The notes under the pieces were generated by a model that made no database searches, was not told the DNA's origin, and saw only the letters and a program-made list of their open reading frames with translations. Positions 19,209 to 26,321 of a DNA stretch of 64,000 bases are shown here, piece by piece; the first letter of the stretch is position 1; every line of letters starts with the position of its first letter. The position numbers and the translations under genes were made by a program. The stretch is from Chloroflexota bacterium (GTDB lineage: Bacteria; Chloroflexota; Dehalococcoidia; JACVQG01; JAHKAY01), in assembly GCA_018825785.1 (NCBI GenBank), contig JAHKAY010000006.1, forward strand, positions 42,332-106,331. Reading direction: 5' to 3'.

Positions 19209-19697
19209 GTGGCCCTGGAAGCCCTGAAGCAGGCCCACCGCCGGGGGGAGGCAATGCTGGCCCATCTGGAAAGGGCTTTGGCCTCTCTGGACAGAGAAGG
19301 TCGCCCCCTGGAACCTATTGATGAGTTCCTGGCCTTCTGCGATGGGGAGCTGGAGGCGCATTTTTCCCAGGAGGAGGAGAGCCTCTTCCCCCGGCTGGAG
19401 AGGGCCATCGGCCCGGGGTGGACCGATGAAAGCCATGCTGGAGGAGCACCTCTCCCTATGGAAGGCCGAGGACGCCCTTAAAGAGGGCCTCAAGGCCGCG
19501 CGGGGAGCCCCCTCACAGGTATCTCTGGAGAAGGCCCGCTCCCTGGTGCCCGTACTAAGGCATATCCTCGGCTCCTCAGGAGCCATATTGAAAAGGAGGA
19601 GAAGGTCCTCTTCCCCCTGGCGGAAAGGTTCCTCAGCCCTCAGGACCTTAGAGACATAGAGGAGGCCCTTGGCCATCAGGACCAAGAACATCTATGA
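19209..19697 (+). pseudogene. hemerythrin-like (HHE cation-binding) gene interrupted by two compensating frameshifts
   Basis: Frame 0 (19209-19481) gives ...FLAFCDGELEAHFSQEEESLFPRLERAIG. The middle motif GGPMKAMLEEHLSLWKAED... is readable only in frame +1 (track ORF 19318-19659). The C-terminal motif SHIEKEEKVLFPLAERFLSPQDLRDIEEAL returns to frame 0 and ends at TGA 19695-19697. Confidence 0.6.
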
Positions 19698-19763
19698 CCC
19701 CGTCTCCCCCGAGGACGGCCTGCCCATTGCCACAGGACCCTCCTGAAGTGGATAATAAGGGCG

Positions 19764-20390
19764 TTGACCACTCTTTCAGTTTTGGGCCTGGCGGGGAGCC
19801 CCCGGCGGGGGGGAAATAGCGATATCCTCGTAGATGAGGCCCTGGCGGGGGCCAGGGAGGCAGGTGCCAGCACCGAAAAGATCGTCCTGGAAGGGCTGGC
19901 AATCCGCCCCTGCCAGAACTGCGATGGCTGTCTCCACACCGGGGTCTGTATCATCGACGACGATATGCAGGCCATTCATTACAAGCTGAAGGAGGCCGAC
20001 CGCCTGGTCCTGGCCGCCCCTGTCTTCTTCCTGGGCCTCCCCGCCCAGGCCAAGGCCGTGGTGGACCGTTGTCAGGCCCTGTGGATGGAGAAGTATATCG
20101 TCAAAAAGCGGAACATGTTCGCCCGAGACGGCAGCCGGCGGAAAGGCCTGTGGCTGTCGGTGGGGGGGAGGAAGGGGCTGGGAAACTTCGACGGGGCTCG
20201 CCTCACGGTGAAGAGCTTCTTCGCCACCCTGGACCTGGAGTTCTCCGGGGAATTCCTCTACCCCCAGATAGACCCCTACCGCTCCATCCTCCACCACCCC
20301 ATCGCCCTGGATGAAGCCCGCCAAGCCGGAAAATCCCTGGCCACCCCCAATCCACCAGTTGACCAGGACTCATTGACAGGCAACACTTAA
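19764..20390 (+). CDS. iron-sulfur flavoprotein (Isf-like) / NADPH-dependent FMN reductase family
   Basis: 208 aa. LSVLGLAGSPRRGGNSDILV is a flavodoxin-like P-loop. The compact CQNCDGCLHTGVC cysteine cluster is typical of Isf proteins. Confidence 0.7.
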   Translation: MTTLSVLGLAGSPRRGGNSDILVDEALAGAREAGASTEKIVLEGLAIRPCQNCDGCLHTGVCIIDDDMQAIHYKLKEADRLVLAAPVFFLGLPAQAKAVVDRCQALWMEKYIVKKRNMFARDGSRRKGLWLSVGGRKGLGNFDGARLTVKSFFATLDLEFSGEFLYPQIDPYRSILHHPIALDEARQAGKSLATPNPPVDQDSLTGNT

Positions 20391-20438
20391 TTGATTTAGC
20401 ATACGATTGATTTAGCATAGGTAATAATTCTCGTTATT
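20373..20438 (+). promoter_or_regulatory. promoter plus candidate operator array upstream of the rubrerythrin-like/Fur-family operon
   Basis: TTGACA (20373-20378), an 18-nt spacer, then TAGCAT (20397-20402). There is a tandem 14-bp direct repeat ATTGATTTAGCATA at 20390-20403 and 20406-20419. An inverted repeat AATAA-n6-TTATT follows at 20423-20438. The SD GAGGAGG is at 20439-20445. Confidence 0.5.
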
Positions 20439-20451
20439 GAGGAGGTCATGT

Positions 20452-20874
20452 ATGGAGCTGGTGAACGAGGTGAAGATAGGGGTGGTGAAGGGGACGGGTG
20501 TGGAGGAGATGGTGGAGGGGAACTTCCGGGAGGAGACGGCGGAGGTGGGGCTCTATCTGGCCATGGCCCGTCAGGCCCAGCGGGAGGGCTATCCCGAAGT
20601 GGGAGAGGCCCTCATCCGCATCGCCTGGGAGGAGGCGTGGCATGCGGCGGGGTATGCCGAGCTGGCAGGCAGGATTTCCCCGAGCACCCGGGAGAACCTG
20701 GAGAGGATGCTACAGGGCGAGGCTGCGGCCAACCGTGGAAAGAAGGAGGCCGTGGTGAAGGCCAAGGAGCTGGGGGTGGACCCCGCCCACGACTTCTTTG
20801 ATGAGTCCAGCAGGGACGAGGGACGCCACGCCCGGGCCCTGGAGGGACTACTCAAGAGGTATTTCGGAAAATGA
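20452..20874 (+). CDS. rubrerythrin-like ferritin-fold diiron protein (no rubredoxin domain)
   Basis: MELVNEVK...[45 protein letters not shown]...[18 protein letters not shown] shows the paired E...ExxH motifs. The start is ATG 20452, after the SD. Confidence 0.7.
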   Translation: MELVNEVKIGVVKGTGVEEMVEGNFREETAEVGLYLAMARQAQREGYPEVGEALIRIAWEEAWHAAGYAELAGRISPSTRENLERMLQGEAAANRGKKEAVVKAKELGVDPAHDFFDESSRDEGRHARALEGLLKRYFGK

Positions 20875-21251
20875 GACGGAGCCGGGCCCGGGAGGTGATT
20901 CTGGAGGAGCTGAAGGGGCTCAAGACCCACCCCCGGGGGGACGAGCTCTATGAGCTGGTCCGCCGGCGACTGCCCCGGCTCAGCCTGGGGACGGTCTACC
21001 GCAACCTGGACCTCTTCCGCCGGGAGGGACTGGCCCTGGAGATAGCCTGTGGCGACTTCAACCGCTATGATGGCGATACCTCGCCCCACAGCCACTTCTT
21101 TTGCCGAGCCTGCGCCCGCCTCTGGGACTGGGAAGAAGAGGTTGGGAAGAAGCTGGAGAGCAAAGGGGGCTTCACTCTTGAGGGGCGCTACACGGTCCTC
21201 TACGGCCTCTGCCCCGCCTGCCGCACTACAGCCACGGGCGGTGTCTCGTGA
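20871..21251 (+). CDS. Fur family transcriptional regulator (PerR/Fur-like)
   Basis: 126 aa. It has a winged-helix N-terminus ([16 protein letters not shown]) and [14 protein letters not shown]...CPACR metal sites. It overlaps the upstream gene by 4 nt. Confidence 0.8.
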   Translation: MRRSRAREVILEELKGLKTHPRGDELYELVRRRLPRLSLGTVYRNLDLFRREGLALEIACGDFNRYDGDTSPHSHFFCRACARLWDWEEEVGKKLESKGGFTLEGRYTVLYGLCPACRTTATGGVS

Positions 21252-21661
21252 ACAACAAGAGAACCCTGAGCCTGCTACTGCTCATTGCGTTGCTGCTTGT
21301 TGAAGCCTGCCGGTCGGGGGCAGGGGACGGAGCCAAGCCAGGCTACCGCAGCATAGAGCCGGAGGCCCTCCATTCTATGCTGGCGCAGGAAGACTTTCTC
21401 CTGGTCAATGTCCACATCCCCTATGAAGGCAGGATTCCAGGCACTGATACTTTCATCCCCTACAATGAAATTGACAACAATCGCAACCGGCTACCCGCCG
21501 ATAAGGGGGCCAAGATAGCTGTCTACTGCATGACCGGCTCTATGAGCGAGATTGCCACCCGCCGGCTGGTAGAGCTGGGATATACTCAGGTGCTGGACCT
21601 GAAAGGTGGAATGCTTGCCTGGCAGCGGCAGGGCTATCCTCTGGAGGACTGGGCAAGGTAA
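21248..21661 (+). CDS. rhodanese-domain sulfurtransferase, probable lipoprotein
   Basis: 137 aa. The signal peptide carries LLLVEAC. The rhodanese active-site loop is VYCMTGSMS, and the C-terminal block is LKGGMLAW. Confidence 0.75.
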   Translation: MNNKRTLSLLLLIALLLVEACRSGAGDGAKPGYRSIEPEALHSMLAQEDFLLVNVHIPYEGRIPGTDTFIPYNEIDNNRNRLPADKGAKIAVYCMTGSMSEIATRRLVELGYTQVLDLKGGMLAWQRQGYPLEDWAR

Positions 21662-21763
21662 GGGTCTGAATCAGGCCACGGTAGCCTGTGCCCCGACGGC
21701 CAGGGCCACGAGCAACCCCAGCCCTGTGGCAACCCCTGCCGGGAGGGCTGGCAGCACTTTTGG

Positions 21764-22201
21764 CTAGGGCTTCTTTATCCGGGAGAGGAGGGTCTCAAAG
21801 GTCCTGATGTGCCCTTCCTCATCGGCCAGTGCCTTCTCAATCAGGAGCCGCGAGGTGCTGTCCCTCGCTTGGGCCAGCAGGGGGATGTGCCGGAGGTAGA
21901 GTTCTCTGGCCTCGTATTCCAGCTCCAGGTCGTCCAGCACCATCCTGGCAAGGTCGCCCCCCTTGCGGATGGGGCGCATCCTGGTGGTGGGCTCGCCCCC
22001 CAGGGCCACTACCCTCTCCGCAAACTGCTCCAGGTGCTTCATCTCATCCCGGGACACCTTCTCAAAGAGCTCAATGATGGCCGGGCTGGCCATGCCCTCG
22101 GCCATATAGTGGTGCCAGAGGTACTGGATGATGGCCCCCAGCTCGTTGCTCACCCCCTCGTTGAGGATGGAAATAACCTTCTGGGTGTCAGCGGTGGCCA
22201 C
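21764..22201 (-). CDS. bfr: bacterioferritin family protein (paralog 1)
   Basis: 145 aa. NELGAIIQYLWHHYMAEG...SRDEMKHLEQFAERV...ADEEGH shows the diiron ligand pattern and the Met at the Bfr haem-ligand position. Confidence 0.75.
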   Translation of the reverse strand: MATADTQKVISILNEGVSNELGAIIQYLWHHYMAEGMASPAIIELFEKVSRDEMKHLEQFAERVVALGGEPTTRMRPIRKGGDLARMVLDDLELEYEARELYLRHIPLLAQARDSTSRLLIEKALADEEGHIRTFETLLSRIKKP

Positions 22202-22206
22202 CGGTG

Positions 22207-22644
22207 CTACTCCCCGGGTTTGATTCCCAGAGTGGTCTCCCAGAGGGCGGCGTGCCCCTCTTCAGCGCTCACCACCTCTTCCAGCATCAGCCGTGTGGTG
22301 GTATCCCCCAGCTCAGCGGCCAGGCGGATGTGGCCCTTGTAGACCTGGATGGCATTGCGCTCCCCCTCCATATCGTCCCGGACCATCTTCTTCAGGTCGC
22401 CGCCCTTCTTGATGGGGGCCATCTGGCTGTTGGGCTCCCCACCCAGGTCCACAACCCTTTCGGCAAACCCCTCCAGATGCCCCATCTCCTCCCGGGCCAG
22501 CTTCTCAAAGAGGTCAATGACGGCGGGACTCTCCATACCCTCGGCCATGTAGTGGTGCCAGAGGTACTGGATGACGGCCCCCAGCTCCAGGCTTACGTCC
22601 TGGTTCAGGGCGTCGATGAGCTTGCGCGTTTCCTCCGGTTTCAT
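22207..22644 (-). CDS. bfr: bacterioferritin family protein (paralog 2)
   Basis: 145 aa, the same length and motif set as paralog 1 (LELGAVIQYLWHHYMAEG...AREEMGHLEGFAERV...SAEEGH). Only 5 nt separate it from paralog 1. Confidence 0.75.
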   Translation of the reverse strand: MKPEETRKLIDALNQDVSLELGAVIQYLWHHYMAEGMESPAVIDLFEKLAREEMGHLEGFAERVVDLGGEPNSQMAPIKKGGDLKKMVRDDMEGERNAIQVYKGHIRLAAELGDTTTRLMLEEVVSAEEGHAALWETTLGIKPGE

Positions 22645-22778
22645 TTCGCCTCCTAGCCTATCATTACAGATTTTTGCGCCACCGGGCAGGCACGACGCGC
22701 CTATTTTACCCTTTCTCTTCTCCCTGTGGCAAGAGGCAGTTTGCAGGCCTGGTCCCAGGGCTGGGGCTGGCCTCGGGG

Positions 22779-23330
22779 TCAGCGCCTGGGTTTCTCTGGG
22801 GAGACCCCGTCCCCTATTATCCAGCGCACCGCCTCCAGGAGGCTGGGGGCGGTGAAGTCAGCAGCCACATGTTTCTCCGGGGGGCCGGTGTTCACCAGGA
22901 TAGCCTTGCACCCTAGGTTCCTGCCCGGTTCCAGGTCCCTTTCTCTGTCCCCCACCACATAGGAGGCTGCCGGGTCCAAGCCCAGCTCCCTGATGGCTGT
23001 AAGAAACAGCCCTGGCCTGGGCTTTCTGCACTCGCACCCCTCCTCGGGGTGATGGGGGCAATAGTAGATAGCATCCACCACGGCACCCCGGCGGCCCAGC
23101 TCCTCTCCCAGCTTCCTGTGGATGGCAGCCAGGGTCTCCCTGGTGAGGTAGCCCCGGCCAATGCCCGACTGGTTAGTAATGACCACCACCCTGAAACCCT
23201 CTTCGTTGAGGAGCCTTACCGCCTGCGGCACACCGGGCAGGAGGTGGAGGTCCTCCACCCTCCGGCAGAAGTGGACATCCCGGACCAGGGTGCCATCCCG
23301 GTCCAGAAAGACGGCCCTATACCCCCGCAT
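22779..23330 (-). CDS. gmhB: D-glycero-D-manno-heptose 1,7-bisphosphate phosphatase (HAD-IIIA)
   Basis: 183 aa. AVFLDRDGTL, VITNQSGIGRGY and the zinc motif YYCPHHPEEGCECRKPRPG support the call. Confidence 0.85.
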   Translation of the reverse strand: MRGYRAVFLDRDGTLVRDVHFCRRVEDLHLLPGVPQAVRLLNEEGFRVVVITNQSGIGRGYLTRETLAAIHRKLGEELGRRGAVVDAIYYCPHHPEEGCECRKPRPGLFLTAIRELGLDPAASYVVGDRERDLEPGRNLGCKAILVNTGPPEKHVAADFTAPSLLEAVRWIIGDGVSPEKPRR

Positions 23331-23913
23331 CGGGGGTCCCCCCGATTTCCCTCAGACAGGTAGTGGTAAGATGGCAGAGAAGGAGGTGGACATCCTCAAT
23401 CTGTTCCATAGAACGGCTGGGCACCACCAGACAGATATCCACCATGTCCCTGAGCTTCCCACCATCAAAGCCGGTGAGGCCGATGGTGGTGGCCCCCGCC
23501 TCTTTGGCCAGGCGGAGCGCATTGAGGACATTCCGGGAATTGCCGCTGCCGCTTATCCCTATGACCACATCCCCGGCCTGGACCCAGGGGGCGAGCTTGC
23601 GGGCGAAGACCTCATCGTAGGAAAGGTCGTTGGCCCACGCAGAAAGGAGGGGCAGGCTATCGGTGAGGGGAAAGGCCTTGATGGGGGGCTTGTGGGGGAC
23701 CATGGCCCCCTTGGCCAGGTCGCAGGCAAAATGGGAAGCGGTGGCCGCCGAGCCCCCGTTGCCACAGATGAAGACCTGCTGTCTCTTCAGCCGGGCCTCC
23801 TCCAGGCGGAGGATAATCGGCTCTATCTTCTCCAGCGGCAGCCTGGCCAGGCTCTCCCCCACCTGGGCCAGGTAGCTATTGGCAAGTTCCGCTATGGACT
23901 GGACCTTCAACAT
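23317..23913 (-). CDS. gmhA: phosphoheptose (sedoheptulose-7-phosphate) isomerase, SIS domain
   Basis: 198 aa. VFICGNGGSAATASHFACDL...VVIGISGSGNSRNV supports the call. It is adjacent to gmhB. Confidence 0.85.
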   Translation of the reverse strand: MLKVQSIAELANSYLAQVGESLARLPLEKIEPIILRLEEARLKRQQVFICGNGGSAATASHFACDLAKGAMVPHKPPIKAFPLTDSLPLLSAWANDLSYDEVFARKLAPWVQAGDVVIGISGSGNSRNVLNALRLAKEAGATTIGLTGFDGGKLRDMVDICLVVPSRSMEQIEDVHLLLCHLTTTCLREIGGTPDAGV

Positions 23914-25220
23914 GGAACTCTCCTCTTCCCGGAAAAGTAGAAGGGGGCCATCAGCACCAGGGAGACCAGGCCCGAGGCCAGCACCACATCCACCAGCTGG
24001 CCAAGGCGGGCATGGAACATGACCAGCAAGCTGACCTGGAGCCCGGCCGCCAGGAGGGCAGAATAGACCACCCCTGTCTGGCCCAGGGACAGGGCATAGC
24101 TCACCACCAGAAAGGAAACGGCCAGGGCGGCCATGCCTATGCTGTAGCGAAAGAGATAGGGGGCCCCCTGGAGGTATTCCTCTCCGAAGAGAGAGCGGAC
24201 CGCCGTCTCGGGGAAAAGGGCAAAAAAGGAGACCGCAGCACCAGCCAGGGCCAGGGTGAGGATGAGGGCCCGGAGAAAGAGACGGGTGGGGGAAGTGCCC
24301 CTCTCCCTGGCCTCCGCTGTCTTGGGGAAGAGGGCCCAGGTGATGCCCCAGGGGGCATAGAAGGCTATCCTGCCCAGGACGGCGATGGCAGAATAGGTGC
24401 CAGCATCCTCCTGGCCGAGGTAATGCTTGGCCAGCACCATATCACCGTTGACCAGGATGGTAATGCCCAGGATGGCCAGGGAGGCCAGCCCGGTGTATGC
24501 CCCCAGCCCCGCCACCTCTGCCTTCTCCTTTCCCACCCGGCTCAGGTCCCGCAGGGAAAAGAGGCTCAAACCAAGGGCCAGAAGGAAGGACAGGGGTATG
24601 GCGGCCAGGCCGCCCCCAACCCCAAGCCCCAGACCGACAAAGAGGACACCCAGGAGGAGCTTGCTCACGGCATGCAGGGTCTGGCTGGAGCCCAGGGCCA
24701 GGAAACGCTGCAACCCCTGGAGGGTGCCCCAGCTCGCCGAGAGGACAAAGGCCACCATCAAGGAGGAGAACAGGATGAGGGCATATGACGGGTTTTCCAC
24801 CTTCAGGAACCGGGACACCACGGGGCTGAGGCCCCCCAGCAGGACGAAACCCCCCAGCCCCAGGTAGAAGGTGCGCCTCAGGGAGTAGCGCAAGAGATAG
24901 TTGACCTGCCCCAGGCCCCCGTTGGCCCTGAACTGGGAGGTAAGACGGGCTACCGCTGCCGCAATGCTCTGAGAAAAGACCGAGACAATCACCAGAAGGG
25001 AGGTGAAGGTGAACAGGATCCCGTACTGCGCCGGTGGCAGGAGCACACCCATAGCTAGCTGGTAGAGGTAGCTGAAAAGGTTGACCGTCAGGCCAAAGCC
25101 CGCCATCACGGCACCCTGGAGGGCCATGTCATCAGCTTTAAATCTGGTGGCTAATCCGTTGAGCATTCGGCTTTTAGAGGACCAATCCCGCGCCCCCGAA
25201 GACAAAAGGAAGTAGAACAT
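23907..25220 (-). CDS. polysaccharide/oligosaccharide flippase (Wzx-like, MOP superfamily)
   Basis: 437 aa with about 12-14 hydrophobic helices throughout. It sits in a glycan-locus context. The start codon is uncertain. Confidence 0.6.
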   Translation of the reverse strand: MFYFLLSSGARDWSSKSRMLNGLATRFKADDMALQGAVMAGFGLTVNLFSYLYQLAMGVLLPPAQYGILFTFTSLLVIVSVFSQSIAAAVARLTSQFRANGGLGQVNYLLRYSLRRTFYLGLGGFVLLGGLSPVVSRFLKVENPSYALILFSSLMVAFVLSASWGTLQGLQRFLALGSSQTLHAVSKLLLGVLFVGLGLGVGGGLAAIPLSFLLALGLSLFSLRDLSRVGKEKAEVAGLGAYTGLASLAILGITILVNGDMVLAKHYLGQEDAGTYSAIAVLGRIAFYAPWGITWALFPKTAEARERGTSPTRLFLRALILTLALAGAAVSFFALFPETAVRSLFGEEYLQGAPYLFRYSIGMAALAVSFLVVSYALSLGQTGVVYSALLAAGLQVSLLVMFHARLGQLVDVVLASGLVSLVLMAPFYFSGKRRVPC

Positions 25221-25263
25221 CCACCAGCACCAGTGTCAACGACCCAAAAGGGCCTTTCAGCCG

Positions 25264-26250
25264 CTAGGTTGAGAGGTGTTGGAACCAGGCCCTGGTGGCC
25301 TCAGCGATGGTCTCGGGGGTCCAGAGGGGGGCCTCCCGCCAGTATTCAATGTTCTCCAGCATGACCCTCACCCCGTCTTCAAAGGAGACCCTGGGTTGCC
25401 AGCACAGAAGACTTTGTATCTTGGATATATCGGCATGGGTGCGGTCAGGTTCCCCCGGCCGTTTGGGGACATGGACCACCCGCCCGCCCAAAAGCTCCAC
25501 CAGGCGGTTGACACTATGAGTCTGGCCGCTGCCCACATTCAGCGCCTCCTGCCTCAGGTCCGAGCGTGCCGCCATGACCATGGCTTCCGCCACATCGCTA
25601 ACAAAGGTGAAGTCCCGGCTCTGGGTGCCGTCCCCCACCACGGTGAAAGGCTCCCCATGGAGCTTCTGGGCCAAGAAGACCCCAAAGACCGCCCCGTAGG
25701 CCCCCGAGGTCCGCGAGCGGGGCCCATAGACATTGAAAAGGCGCAGGGAGAGGACGGGCAGTCCATAAACCCTTCCCCAGTGGAGGACATACTGCTCTCC
25801 GACATACTTGGTCAGGGCATAGGGATACTGGGGCTGGATTTCTGCCGTCTCGGGGGTGGGGAATATTTTGGGTAACCCGTAGCAGGAAGAGGAGGCAGCA
25901 TAGATAAACCTCCTCACCTTCGCCGCACGGGAGGCCTCCAGGACGCTCGCCGTCCCCCACACATTGGCCCGGTGGTATGCCAGAGGGGAAACAATGGAGG
26001 GCACAATATCGGCCAGGGCGGCCAGGTGGAAGACCCAGTCCACCCCCTCAAAAAGGGGCCTGATACTGTCCAGGTCCGCCACGTCCGCCTGGTGGACGGA
26101 CAGGCCCTTCCTATCGTGGAGGTGGGACAGGTTTTTCAGACGGCCGGCAGAGAGGTTGTCCAGGACCACCACCTGGTGGCCTTCGGCCAGGAGACGCTCC
26201 GCCAGGTGGCTGCCGATGAACCCCGCCCCTCCCGTAACCAGTGCCCTCAT
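25264..26250 (-). CDS. NAD-dependent epimerase/dehydratase (extended SDR)
   Basis: MRALVTGGAGFIGSHLAERLL...YALTKYVGE shows the GxxGxxG and YxxxK motifs. I place the start at ATG 26250. Confidence 0.8.
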   Translation of the reverse strand: MRALVTGGAGFIGSHLAERLLAEGHQVVVLDNLSAGRLKNLSHLHDRKGLSVHQADVADLDSIRPLFEGVDWVFHLAALADIVPSIVSPLAYHRANVWGTASVLEASRAAKVRRFIYAASSSCYGLPKIFPTPETAEIQPQYPYALTKYVGEQYVLHWGRVYGLPVLSLRLFNVYGPRSRTSGAYGAVFGVFLAQKLHGEPFTVVGDGTQSRDFTFVSDVAEAMVMAARSDLRQEALNVGSGQTHSVNRLVELLGGRVVHVPKRPGEPDRTHADISKIQSLLCWQPRVSFEDGVRVMLENIEYWREAPLWTPETIAEATRAWFQHLST

Positions 26251-26321
26251 ACTGTCCCCTATTCTTCTGACCCAAATGGGCCCTGTCAAGGCTCCAAAGG
26301 GTCCACTATGATGGCCTGGCT

